DNA of 64,000 nt from Candidatus Levyibacteriota bacterium (GTDB lineage: Bacteria > Patescibacteriota > Microgenomatia > Levybacterales > UBA12049), in contig JACROF010000012.1 of NCBI GenBank assembly GCA_016214555.1, forward strand, positions 4,343 to 68,342, read 5' to 3'. Below the pieces are notes generated by a model that searched no databases, had not been told where the DNA came from, and was given only the letters and a program-made list of their open reading frames with translations. Shown here piece by piece: positions 48,891 through 58,914 of this stretch. Position 1 is the first letter of the stretch. Every line of letters starts with the position of its first letter. The position numbers and the translations under genes are program-made.

Positions 48891-49238
48891 GTGATTGTGG
48901 GATTAATTACATACCTCTTTATTAATAGCTTTGCAATATTTATTGCAGCCCAGGTTTTAACAGGAGTACATGTCTCAAATTATCTAACTGCGATTATCAT
49001 CGCTGTTTTACTTGGCGCAGTTAATGTATTTATAAAGCCATTGATACTCTTTTTTACTTTGCCCTTAACAATAATAACATTTGGATTATTTACTTTTGTG
49101 ATTAACGCAGTTCTTGTGTTGCTAGTTAGTAGCTTGGTTCCTGGATTTGTTATAGATGGGTTTGGTTGGGCACTGTTATTTAGCTTAATTATTGCTATTA
49201 TCTCATCATTCTTGAACTCTCTTCTTAAAACAAAATAG
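48891..49238 (+). CDS. 4-TM membrane protein, DUF360/phage-holin-family-4-like (GTG start)
   Basis: 115 aa, four hydrophobic helices, C-terminal GFGWALLFSLIIAII pattern as in DUF360 proteins. Confidence 0.4.
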   Translation: MIVGLITYLFINSFAIFIAAQVLTGVHVSNYLTAIIIAVLLGAVNVFIKPLILFFTLPLTIITFGLFTFVINAVLVLLVSSLVPGFVIDGFGWALLFSLIIAIISSFLNSLLKTK

Positions 49239-49802
49239 CTATTGTATATCAACAACAAGCTCTTTTGCAGTTAAATACCCCCACATGATAGCTGCAGGAA
49301 GTAGGTCCTCAAATTTTTCCGCATTAAACTCCTTTTTCTTTATGCTGAATTTTTTGATGTAACTGTTAGTATCTAGGTGAAATATAAATAAATCTATTAC
49401 TTGACTCACTGGAGATTTGACTCTTACGCCTTCTGACAGCATGTTACCTATTTTTAATCGAGTATTTCTAATATGGGCAGGGTCATTAGCTATTTTATAT
49501 GGAGTATATCCCTTTTCGATTGATCTCTCTTTTAGGAAAATTTGAACACCACAAGCCATAGAGAGATACATTAATCCATAGAGTTTTGTTTTTTCTATCT
49601 CTTTTGATGATGGAATGGGTGAATAAAGTAATTGCGCAAAAATTTCCGCAGATTTTTTACATTGTGTTAATATTTCTTCCGGTAAATAAAATTTTGAAAG
49701 AAGACTATCATGGGTGTATTGATCCATTGAGCCAATTATTTCTTCCCATATCCTCAAGACAGTACCAACACTTTGTCCCTCATCACTAGGCAGGCTTTTC
49801 AT
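49239..49802 (-). CDS. hypothetical protein
   Basis: 187-aa ORF, soluble, no family recognised. Confidence 0.35.
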   Translation of the reverse strand: MKSLPSDEGQSVGTVLRIWEEIIGSMDQYTHDSLLSKFYLPEEILTQCKKSAEIFAQLLYSPIPSSKEIEKTKLYGLMYLSMACGVQIFLKERSIEKGYTPYKIANDPAHIRNTRLKIGNMLSEGVRVKSPVSQVIDLFIFHLDTNSYIKKFSIKKKEFNAEKFEDLLPAAIMWGYLTAKELVVDIQ

Positions 49803-49875
49803 AGTATTACTATATTAAGCATAAAATCTTCAAGAAAATCAAGCAGATCTTCTTTGTATCTTTTATAATGTATGT

Positions 49876-50880
49876 GTGAGAATTTTTCCAAAAAATATTC
49901 TTATTCAAAACATAGACTCATTTTTGTTGAGGGAAAATTTTCTTGTTTCCGCAGTAAGTACAATTTTTATCATTCGTTTTATACTAAAAGTCTCACATTA
50001 TCCACAACTAGGGACTGATAGCCTGCATATAGCGCATTTAGTTTGGGGTGGGCTTTTTATGCTGGCAGGATTCATGCTGATTTTTTCATTTTTGAGCAAG
50101 GGAGCACTAAGTCTGGGGTCAATACTTGGAGGTATAGGCTTTGGCGCATTTATTGATGAGTTAGGAAAATTTATTACAAGAGATAATAATTATTTTTTTC
50201 AGCCAACAATAGCAATAATTTATGTAATTTTCATTATTCTTTATATTTTTTCAAAACTTCTTTCTCAAAGAGAATATATTACTAAGCAAGAGTATCTTAT
50301 AAATGCTCTTGAAATGATAAAAGAAGCAGCAATAAATGATTTAGATAATCATGAAAAAAAGACTGCATTGGTATATCTGGAAAAAAGTGATCAAGGAGAT
50401 CCTCTTGTTAGGCTTTTGAAATCTTTTTTAAAAGATGTAGAATCAATTCCTCAACCTGAAAAATCTTTATGGGGAAATGTAAGAAGTGTAATATCTGAAA
50501 AATATTATCAATTCGCAAGGTCTGAAATTGTCAGAAAATTAATTTTTTTCATTCTTATACTGCAAGTTGCAGTTGAAACATTTTTTTCTCTATCAATAAC
50601 CTCTTTTAATTTTGAGCAAATCTCATTTATTCAACTAGGATTGCTATTGTCAACAACATCATCAACGCTTTTTATAATCGCTGGAGTAATAATGATAGTA
50701 AAAAATAAATATTTTTCTTATATCCTTTTTAAAATCGCAATTCTAATTGGAATATTCCTTACTCAATTTTTTCTTTTTTATCAAGAACAGTTATCAGCTG
50801 TTATTGGACTTTTTGTAAGCATATTACTGTTAGCAGTCGTGGATTATGGATTACATCAAGAAAAAGTGAGGATAAAATAG
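49876..50880 (+). CDS. hypothetical polytopic membrane protein
   Basis: 334 aa; two clusters of TM helices separated by a charged helical segment. Confidence 0.4.
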   Translation: MRIFPKNILIQNIDSFLLRENFLVSAVSTIFIIRFILKVSHYPQLGTDSLHIAHLVWGGLFMLAGFMLIFSFLSKGALSLGSILGGIGFGAFIDELGKFITRDNNYFFQPTIAIIYVIFIILYIFSKLLSQREYITKQEYLINALEMIKEAAINDLDNHEKKTALVYLEKSDQGDPLVRLLKSFLKDVESIPQPEKSLWGNVRSVISEKYYQFARSEIVRKLIFFILILQVAVETFFSLSITSFNFEQISFIQLGLLLSTTSSTLFIIAGVIMIVKNKYFSYILFKIAILIGIFLTQFFLFYQEQLSAVIGLFVSILLLAVVDYGLHQEKVRIK

Positions 50881-51879
50881 TTACTTTGATTCATAAGTGG
50901 TGAAATACTCATAAGCAATTAATGAGATAGATGCTATTGCCTCTGCTGCTTTAGAAGTATTGGTCGTTTCACTCATTGCAACAAAAATATAATCACCCGA
51001 TGGAGTAAATATAATACCCGCGTCATGCTTGTAGCCATACAGCTCTCCTGTTTTGTGTGCTACTGCAATTTCATCAGGGAGATATTTTGGGATTCTGTCA
51101 TTTAATGCTTGTCTCTTGAGAAGTCCAAGCATTTCTTCACTGTTTTTTTCACCTATAATTTCTTTTCGATATAGTTTCAAAAAAAATAACGATATATCTT
51201 CTGCTGTTGTTTTTGGAGGAGACCCCACTTTTGAAGAAGATAGTTTTTCTTGTTGTAAGAAACTCTTTATTTTACTTATTCCAACTTTCTCTGTTAAAAG
51301 AAGTGCTGCGTAATTATCAGAAATAGTAATTGCTTTTTCAAGCGCTTCTTCTACAGAATATGATACTTCCCCTTCTGTTAGCTCCGCTTCTTCGGAGGCG
51401 ATATTAAATTCTTCATTTAGTCGTGGGATAGTGGAAGACAGTTTAGTTTCCAGAGCTAGATTGCCCTTTTCTATTTGATCAAATACGACAGCCATTACCC
51501 ATAGCTTGTAGAGACTTGCGGAGTAATAGATCCTATCAGGGTTATGACGATAGCTCTCTCCAGTAGTTAGATTTATTATGACAAAACTATATGATCCTGT
51601 TAATTTATGTAGTTCACTTTTAATTTTTTCATCTAATCCAGACGCAAATTGAGAAGACACTTCATTGTTATGATCATTAATGCCTTGAATAAGTGGAGAC
51701 ACCACATTTTGATTATTTTTTCCGTGCGATATTAATGACAGAAGCATAGTGGATCCTGCAAGAAGTAAAAAAAAGAGAAAAGAGAAGAAAGCTAAGCCTT
51801 TAATGATTTTCACTTTACACATACTAGCTATCTTATGTGAAATCTTCAACAGGAAAGTAAGGTAAATGGTATAATCCAT
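50881..51879 (-). CDS. class A beta-lactamase-like serine hydrolase, membrane-anchored
   Basis: SxxK (ASLYK), SDN (ISDNYAA) and KTG (HKTGEL) motifs in the canonical order; N-terminal TM. Confidence 0.6.
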   Translation of the reverse strand: MDYTIYLTFLLKISHKIASMCKVKIIKGLAFFSFLFFLLLAGSTMLLSLISHGKNNQNVVSPLIQGINDHNNEVSSQFASGLDEKIKSELHKLTGSYSFVIINLTTGESYRHNPDRIYYSASLYKLWVMAVVFDQIEKGNLALETKLSSTIPRLNEEFNIASEEAELTEGEVSYSVEEALEKAITISDNYAALLLTEKVGISKIKSFLQQEKLSSSKVGSPPKTTAEDISLFFLKLYRKEIIGEKNSEEMLGLLKRQALNDRIPKYLPDEIAVAHKTGELYGYKHDAGIIFTPSGDYIFVAMSETTNTSKAAEAIASISLIAYEYFTTYESK

Positions 51880-51882
51880 AGT

Positions 51883-52893
51883 ATGTTTGTGGATAAAGTA
51901 ACAATTTCTATTAAGGCGGGAAATGGAGGAAATGGAGCAGTTTCTTTTAGAAGAAGCGAGGGAAATCCTCGTGGTGGGCCTGATGGTGGTAATGGTGGCA
52001 ACGGCGGGGATGTGTACATAAGAGGCATCAATGATTTGACAGCCCTATCTCAATTTCAGTTTAAAAAAAAGTGGAAGGCAGAAGATGGTGTTGCAGGTAA
52101 GCGAAAAAATCTTTTTGGCAAGAATGCTGATGATCTTATTATTGATGTTCCGATAGGGACAACGATTTCGCATGTAAACGGTGAGCGTATTGTTGATATT
52201 AATGATACTGACTCGCGGTATTGTATTGCAAAAGGAGGAAAAGGAGGTCGTGGTAATAATGAGTTTAAATCAGCTACAAACCAAACCCCACAATATGCAG
52301 AAAGCGGTGAAATAGGTGAAGAGGTGGAGATTGAGTTGGAGCTGAAGTTAATAGCGCAAGTTGGAATAATTGGCCTTCCAAATGCAGGGAAAAGTACCCT
52401 TCTTTCGTGTCTTACTAACGCACATCCTAAGATAGGTGATTACCCTTTTACTACCCTTGAGCCTAATGTTGGAATGATGGATGGATATATGCTTGCTGAT
52501 ATCCCTGGATTAATCGAAGGAGCGAGTACGGGAAAAGGCTTGGGGATTCGATTTTTGAAACATATTGAAAAAACACTACTTATTATTCATTGCATCGATT
52601 CATCTGAAGGTGATGTAGAAAATAGTTACAAAATTGTCATGAGCGAACTTGAGTCATTTAATGTAAATCTTCTTGAGAAAAAGCAGATTTTAGTCTTAAC
52701 AAAAACTGATAAAATTTCAAAAAAGGAGTTGCGGTCTAAGATTGCAATTATGGAAAAATACTCCTCAAACATTTTATCAGTAAATATATATGATGCAAAT
52801 AGCATTCAGAGTTTTAAGGAATATTTACTAAATGCATTAGCTAAGAATTCTCTACCAACTTCCACCGCCTCCGCCTCCGAATCCTCCACCTGA
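51883..52893 (+). CDS. obg: GTPase Obg
   Basis: N-terminal glycine-rich Obg fold (GGNGGNGGDV), GLPNAGKSTLL P-loop, DIPGLIEGAS. Confidence 0.85.
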   Translation: MFVDKVTISIKAGNGGNGAVSFRRSEGNPRGGPDGGNGGNGGDVYIRGINDLTALSQFQFKKKWKAEDGVAGKRKNLFGKNADDLIIDVPIGTTISHVNGERIVDINDTDSRYCIAKGGKGGRGNNEFKSATNQTPQYAESGEIGEEVEIELELKLIAQVGIIGLPNAGKSTLLSCLTNAHPKIGDYPFTTLEPNVGMMDGYMLADIPGLIEGASTGKGLGIRFLKHIEKTLLIIHCIDSSEGDVENSYKIVMSELESFNVNLLEKKQILVLTKTDKISKKELRSKIAIMEKYSSNILSVNIYDANSIQSFKEYLLNALAKNSLPTSTASASESST

Positions 52894-54595
52894 GCTTCCC
52901 CCTCCTGATGAGCCACTCTTGGTGGGTGTTGCTGCAATTGCTGACGAGAGGGTATTTGAAAAAGAGTCGATAGATTTTGTAAAGCTCATAACTGCAAATG
53001 GAGAGGATCCTCTATACCATTTTGGTTCCTTGGGTTCTATTCCAATATCTTTCATAGCTTTTGCAAATTTTTCGCTAAGACCAAAGATGATAGCGTAAGG
53101 AAGAGTTTCGGTAAATAGATTGTTATTTTCAAAAAATTGCTGTCTATATTTCTCTGCACCACTGATGAACATTTTATAACCGAGAGATCTTCTGTATAAT
53201 TCTCGACCATCTGCTGTTCTCTTAGGCATTCGAGAGGAAAAACCCACAAGAGTTATTCCGCACGTTGCTATGCCAGTAATAACTGCAAACATAGATGGTG
53301 AGACAAAAAAGCCACCTAGAACAAACAAAGAGAATATGGGGAGGCAAGCTAGGAGAATTCCAGTAATTAAATATTTTTTTCGAATTACTTCTGGATTGTC
53401 AAAAAACATCTTACGTTCTACAATTCTTTCATACAATTTTGTTTTTACTAAGGATAGGTCTTTATAAAACGAAAATTTTAACTCTGATAATTTTACGGAA
53501 GATTTATTTTTAAAAAGTTTTTCCAGCAATAATGATTCATAGGCCAATAAAGTTTTTTTATTTTCTGTTTTTTTAAAAATATAATCTATTTTTCCAAAAA
53601 TTCCTATTTTTTTAACCTCCTCAATAACAAGCAGTCCTTTTTGTGCCAGATCTATAATTGTTGCACTAATATCAAGGGTGTCTGCTCGTTCGTCCATCAG
53701 AACTCCCATTTCAGCTGGTCTAATATTATCTGGGGGAGTGAATTCAACGACGACAGTTTCATGAAATTCTTCGGGGGCATTTATTGCAAATTCATAATCG
53801 GCAATATAATGGGGAAATAGTTTATATTTAAATTTTATTCCTTTTTGTTGTGAGGCAATAGAGGGCTATGATTGATGGCTGGAGTAGTTCCTCCAGGAAT
53901 GTTTTGGGCTTAGGAACAGTAAGAATTGGCACTAAACCCTTACTATATCCTGCAGCAATAGTAAAATTTTCTCCAGGATACACTGTGTCTGTTGAGAAAA
54001 CTCCTTGTTTCTCAGAAATTTTTTCGTTACGGCATTGACTGCTTGAACCGTTTTTTCCAAAATAGCAAGCTGTTTGATGGAGTCCAGGAAATGGCAATGT
54101 AAGGACTGCAGATGCTTTTTGTATCGGAATTTCCCAACTAGACCCTGTAACATTCCAATAGAGCTCATCGTATGTGTCATATGGCACAAGAACTCCCTTT
54201 ACTATATATGAAATTTCATATATGTGTTTTCCATCAATTGTTTTGTTAGGATCTCCAATGAGAATACGTATGTTATTGTTATTTTTTTCCTCTCGATATT
54301 TTTCTATATGTGAGTCTCTTAGAACAGCAACATCAGAGATTGTGGTATATTTTTTCTCATCATTATTTGATTGATAAACATAAGGGATCTCTCGATAAAT
54401 TCCATGTTTTTGAGTTGTGTAAAAATCCACAGTTATTTTTTCTACAACGTGAACACTTCCTGTTTTTTCTATAGTTATATCACTATGAAATTCAGATATC
54501 TCCCAGGTTGTTTGAGCAAGGGTAATAGAGGGTCTGCAAATTAGAAAAAATGACATTACTATGATAGCGATTCTTTTCATAGAGTCAGTATACAT
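52852..54595 (-). pseudogene. DUF2207-family membrane protein split into two ORFs by a frameshift (53828..54595 N-terminal extracellular domain; 52852..53709 TM region plus Gly-rich tail)
   Basis: the downstream ORF frame stays open through the whole 118-bp gap up to 53865; Gly-rich C-terminus GSSGGGSSGGGFGGGGGGSW typical of DUF2207; the frames meet at an A5 run near 53842-53846. Confidence 0.45.
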
Positions 54596-54651
54596 GATAA
54601 TGGGCCTTGACGATGTTGTTATTTTTAAAGTAGTATTAATTTCTAGTTAGT

Positions 54652-55194
54652 ATGACGGATGAAATAATTGAAAAGTGTCCTAAGTGTCAAAGTCCTTTGA
54701 GTGATGTTATAACAACTTCAACTGGAAGAAAATTACAACGCTGTTCAACATCTTCGTGGGATGCTGCATCAAGATCAAATGTAGGTTGTGATTTTGTGAA
54801 GTGGCTTGAGGTGGAGCCTGAAGAGCTTGATGAAAAATGTCCAAAATGTGGGGCGCCGCTTGTGTTGGCTGTTACTCGTTTTGGTAAGAGAATGAAAAAG
54901 TGTAGCACTTCATCGTGGGATAAAGAAGCAAAAAAAGCAATAGGCTGTGATTATGTTGAATGGATTAACGGCACAACAGAGTCTCTTGATGAAGAATGCC
55001 CTGAGTGTGGAGAAAAACTCGTTCTTTTTACAACAAGTTCAGGAAAAAAAATGAAAAAGTGTAGCACTTCTGGATGGGATAGGGTAGCAAAAAAGGCTAC
55101 TGGATGTACCTATGTTTATTGGTTAAAACAGCACGAATATCCTGGGGCTCAAAATACAGGCGAAGAATTTCTTCCTCCAGAGCCAGAAGGATAA
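54652..55194 (+). CDS. YrdD-like protein with three tandem topoisomerase-type C4 zinc-ribbon repeats
   Basis: three about-55-aa repeats of CP(K/E)CxxPL...G(R/K)K(L/M)x(R/K)CSTS(S/G)WD...GC(D/T)(F/Y)V(K/E/Y)W. Confidence 0.55.
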   Translation: MTDEIIEKCPKCQSPLSDVITTSTGRKLQRCSTSSWDAASRSNVGCDFVKWLEVEPEELDEKCPKCGAPLVLAVTRFGKRMKKCSTSSWDKEAKKAIGCDYVEWINGTTESLDEECPECGEKLVLFTTSSGKKMKKCSTSGWDRVAKKATGCTYVYWLKQHEYPGAQNTGEEFLPPEPEG

Positions 55195-55242
55195 CCCACC
55201 TCCTCGTTTTTTTTAAAAGTTTCAGTCATAATAATTCTTGTC

Positions 55243-56109
55243 ATGGCCAAGAAAACTCAACAGGGGAAAATAGATATTGCGTTGCCTTCCCCGCATAAAA
55301 GTATTTTAAAAAAAATTTATATAGGGGTGGCTATAGTTTTTATTCTAGTTTTGTTGGTTTTTTATACTGAATCTACAGCAATTTTAGGAACCGGTGGAGA
55401 AAATAAACTGCCATTTAAAATGCTTGCCTCACAAATTATCGATAGCAAAGCAAGTCAGTTTGATATCAGTCAAAAAAAAGATATAGGTCAAGATCCAGAA
55501 AAGAATATTTTAATTGGTCCAATAAAGCTTGATAGCTCATCGTATGTCTACGATAAGTTGCAAGAATCTTCTAAAAATTTACAAACTAGTAGTAACGTTA
55601 GTTTACAAGAGGAATCGCAAAGCAGTGTTTCTTTGGATGAACTATGGTCTAATCCTTTTAGCTTTGTTTCAAAATTAGCTATGACTACAAAAAATACGTG
55701 GGTAAATGATGGGAGAAAGACTACCTTGATAAAATTAGTCGAAAGTGTGTCTAGATATTATATTAGTTTTGGAAAATTTCCAGTGTCGGATGGTGTGTTT
55801 ACTAATCAAGATTATGAGTGGGTTTCGGAAATGGTTGATAAAAATGAAATGTCTGGCGTGTATGAATATGTACTTAGAACAACTTCTCCTGTGGCCTATT
55901 GTGGTAGTAGTAGTCAGACTGGGTACTGCTTCCAAACAGATAATAAAAATGCGATTTTATATGTGAGACTTGAGAAATTCGGAGATAGTGCTCTTTGTGA
56001 GGAGGGCGACATATTTTTCATGTGGTCTTCGCTTGATAATAAGCTTGGATCAGTCTGCCTGAATAAAGAACCAGTAGAGCTTGGCGGATTTGAGTATTTT
56101 AAATTTTAA
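55243..56109 (+). CDS. hypothetical membrane-anchored protein
   Basis: 288 aa; N-terminal TM helix then Ser-rich linker and Cys-containing domain. Confidence 0.4.
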   Translation: MAKKTQQGKIDIALPSPHKSILKKIYIGVAIVFILVLLVFYTESTAILGTGGENKLPFKMLASQIIDSKASQFDISQKKDIGQDPEKNILIGPIKLDSSSYVYDKLQESSKNLQTSSNVSLQEESQSSVSLDELWSNPFSFVSKLAMTTKNTWVNDGRKTTLIKLVESVSRYYISFGKFPVSDGVFTNQDYEWVSEMVDKNEMSGVYEYVLRTTSPVAYCGSSSQTGYCFQTDNKNAILYVRLEKFGDSALCEEGDIFFMWSSLDNKLGSVCLNKEPVELGGFEYFKF

Positions 56110-56524
56110 TTAAATACGGATTTATTTTAAGTACTTCAATAGTTTTAGCTAAAAGATCAGAATGTTTCAATTTTAAAGCGTCATCCTCTGAAATCCATTG
56201 ATAGGTATTATGTTCATTGCTGAGTATAATTTCCCCTCCTGTATACTTACATAAAAACGCAATTCTAACTACAAGTTGATTTTTTGATGAGGAAACATCT
56301 GATGCGACAGAGATTGGATATAGAGGGTCAACTCGTACGCCTGTCTCTTCAAAAACCTCTCGTTTTGTAGCAGAAATTGGATCTTCATTTTCCTCAACTA
56401 AACCACCTGGAAATTCCCACATGAGAGGGTGTGTATCATGCTCTGCTCTTTGAACTACAAGCATTTTTCTTGAGTCATTAACAATTACTCCATACACTAC
56501 AACTAATCTTGTGGCTCTCTCCAT
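56099..56524 (-). CDS. NUDIX hydrolase
   Basis: Nudix box GGLVEENEDPISATKREVFEETGV. Confidence 0.8.
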   Translation of the reverse strand: MERATRLVVVYGVIVNDSRKMLVVQRAEHDTHPLMWEFPGGLVEENEDPISATKREVFEETGVRVDPLYPISVASDVSSSKNQLVVRIAFLCKYTGGEIILSNEHNTYQWISEDDALKLKHSDLLAKTIEVLKINPYLIKI

Positions 56525-56566
56525 AGAGGTATTATAGTTGAATAATCCACAGCTGGATAGGAGAAA

Positions 56567-57688
56567 TTATTTTTTAACCTTCTCATTTATCGATTGGATA
56601 AGGCATGATAAATCTCCATTCTTTACCGAAATAAAAATAGGACTTCTCGTAGTGTATTTTTCCATGATGATATTCTGCTTTTCTTTACTAATCAGATCTG
56701 CCTTGTTAAAAACAAGAATACTAGATTTCGATTTACTAGAAAGTTGATTAATGATTCGATCAACTGTTTGTATTTTTATGTCCATATTGTCGTCATGACA
56801 ATCAATAACTTGTATTAGAAGATCAGAGTAAATTGATTCAAGAAGGGTTGAGTTGAATGCCTTAATAAGGCTTGCCGGTAAATTGTTGATAAACCCAATT
56901 GTATCGCTAATGAGTATCTTCTCATTGCTTTTATCAGATCGCAGTTCTCCAACTCTGCTATCAAGAGTTGCAAAAAGTGCATCTTTTACATATGCTGATT
57001 TACCGGTGAGTTTGTTGAATAAGGAGGTTTTCCCTGCGTTGGTATATCCTACAATAGACACAGTACATATTCCAAGTCGTCTTCGTCTCTCTATTTGCTG
57101 TAATCTGTTTTTGAGTAAGGTTGACAATTTTTTTTCAATGTTTTTAATTTGTTTTTTCCAATGTCTTTTCATCAATTCGGTGTTAGTCTCACCAATTCCT
57201 CTTGTCCCAATACTCCCTCCCTGTCGAGAAAGAACATATCCCATCCCGTAAATACGTGGTCCCATATGTTTCATTGCAGCAAGCTGAATTTGGAGGCGTG
57301 ACTCTACAGTGTTTGCTTGCTGCGAAAATATCTGTAAAATAAGGTCTATTCTATCCCACACCTCAATTCTCGGATTGCTGTGTTGGAACGACTTTCTGAT
57401 GTCAAAAATATGTCCAGGCTTTACTATGTCATCTAAAATCACCGCATCTATTTTTTTAACTGATAATAAGTTACTAATCTCATTTATTTTTCCAGCACCA
57501 AGATACAGGCCTTTATCGTGAACCTCTCTTTTTTGAATAACGTAATCAATAACTTTTCCTCCATATGTTTTTACAAGATCTGATGTTTCTTTAAGCTTAT
57601 AAAATGCTTCTTCGTTCGATAATTCCTTAGGTAGAATGCTTGCTATAAGGAATCTTTGCGGAGATTTGTGAGCTTCTTGCATTGTCAT
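56567..57688 (-). CDS. hflX: GTPase HflX
   Basis: GYTNAGKTSLFNKLTG P-loop, HflX N-terminal domain; start likely at MTMQEAH (about 57688), not the ORF-track 57778. Confidence 0.8.
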   Translation of the reverse strand: MTMQEAHKSPQRFLIASILPKELSNEEAFYKLKETSDLVKTYGGKVIDYVIQKREVHDKGLYLGAGKINEISNLLSVKKIDAVILDDIVKPGHIFDIRKSFQHSNPRIEVWDRIDLILQIFSQQANTVESRLQIQLAAMKHMGPRIYGMGYVLSRQGGSIGTRGIGETNTELMKRHWKKQIKNIEKKLSTLLKNRLQQIERRRRLGICTVSIVGYTNAGKTSLFNKLTGKSAYVKDALFATLDSRVGELRSDKSNEKILISDTIGFINNLPASLIKAFNSTLLESIYSDLLIQVIDCHDDNMDIKIQTVDRIINQLSSKSKSSILVFNKADLISKEKQNIIMEKYTTRSPIFISVKNGDLSCLIQSINEKVKK

Positions 57689-58368
57689 AAGACCCTCTTT
57701 TGTAGTATCTGCGACAATAAGTAAAGAGAGATAATTAGTATAAGATTTACACCAATAGGAAATAGAAGATAAAAACATCCTTTCGAAATTGTAGAAATAA
57801 CATCTTGATTTAGTAGGTGAGTTATTTCCTCAAATGGTATTTTAAATCCAGCAGCATATCCAAGTATTGTCAAAATAGCTATGAAAATTAAAATAAAAAG
57901 TGTTCCTTCAAGGTCTTTTTTGCTTGAGAACATTGTATTTCCGATTTCAAATAATATATAAAGTAGCATTACAATTGCCCAGGGAGAGTTCCAGAGCTTT
58001 TGATTTTCAAAAGTAAAAAGTGATAGGACAATTATTGTTGTACCCATAAGAAATGGTGATATGCCAACAAGAATTCTTCTGAAAGGATCTGTTCGTGCTA
58101 TTTCTACGCTCCCTAATTTTATGCTGTCTCCTTCTCTTTTTGGGAACAAGGACATTTTCCCTGTATGAATGAAAAGTAGTCTTGCTGTTAGATAGTGTGA
58201 TAGTTCATGAATCAGCGTCCCTGGAAAAAAGAAAAATGCCAGTGTGTAGGTAGTAATGGTAATATTTTGAGTCAACTGATACAACACAAGCGAAAGCTTT
58301 TTATGAAGTGATTTTGATAAAAAAAATAATGTAAAAAGCTCTATAAAAAATAGAGCAATTATTTCCAT
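57685..58368 (-). CDS. polytopic membrane protein with HExxH motif (site-2-protease-like zinc metalloprotease candidate)
   Basis: TLIHELSHYLTARLL inside a TM helix; 227 aa, about 6 TM helices. Confidence 0.4.
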   Translation of the reverse strand: MEIIALFFIELFTLFFLSKSLHKKLSLVLYQLTQNITITTYTLAFFFFPGTLIHELSHYLTARLLFIHTGKMSLFPKREGDSIKLGSVEIARTDPFRRILVGISPFLMGTTIIVLSLFTFENQKLWNSPWAIVMLLYILFEIGNTMFSSKKDLEGTLFILIFIAILTILGYAAGFKIPFEEITHLLNQDVISTISKGCFYLLFPIGVNLILIISLYLLSQILQKRVL

Positions 58369-58369
58369 A

Positions 58370-58861
58370 TTACAAATTTGGTTTTGGAGATTGTTCCTCA
58401 GCTTGACTTAAGACACTTACTAGCTCTATCTCAAAAACAAGTGTGGAATTGGCAGGGATAGCTCCTTGAGGCTTATCGCCGTAACCTAGCTCTGGAGGTA
58501 TTGTTAATTTTCTTTTTCCGCCAATTTTCATTCCAATTACACCTTTATCCCACCCTTTAATAACTTCCCCAGAGCCTACTTTGAAAGTAAAAGGTTGCTT
58601 TCTGTCATAAGAACTATCAAATTGTTTTCCACTGGTAAGGTTGCCAACATAATTTACTGTTATTGTATCTCCGTCTAGCACCTCACTCCCAGTTCCTATT
58701 TTTTCGTCTTTGATGTCTAATTTTGAAGTATCAGATGGGTTTTGAGATGAATTAAACGAAACATTTTCCTTAGTTGATTTTTCTTGAGGAATATTAACAA
58801 TAATTACTCCAATACAATAGATAATAAAAGCTATTCCGCAAAAAAAGATTATCCTTTTCAT
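58370..58861 (-). CDS. FKBP-type peptidyl-prolyl cis-trans isomerase with N-terminal TM anchor
   Basis: C-terminal FKBP domain (GDTITVNYVGNLTSGKQFDSSYDRKQPFTFKVGSGEVIKGWD...LVFEIELV); start taken at internal MKRIIFF (about 58861), as the 59056 start would overlap the opposite-strand gene. Confidence 0.75.
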   Translation of the reverse strand: MKRIIFFCGIAFIIYCIGVIIVNIPQEKSTKENVSFNSSQNPSDTSKLDIKDEKIGTGSEVLDGDTITVNYVGNLTSGKQFDSSYDRKQPFTFKVGSGEVIKGWDKGVIGMKIGGKRKLTIPPELGYGDKPQGAIPANSTLVFEIELVSVLSQAEEQSPKPNL

Positions 58862-58914
58862 ATTTTTTGTATTGTACAGGAAAGATCTGAAAAAGTGTAG
58901 AGATATGGTATCAT

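Noticed and set aside
51846-52031. 61-aa minus-strand ORF rich in P/L opposite the obg 5' end
   Set aside because: It is the antisense of the Gly-rich Obg N-terminal coding region and has low-complexity composition.
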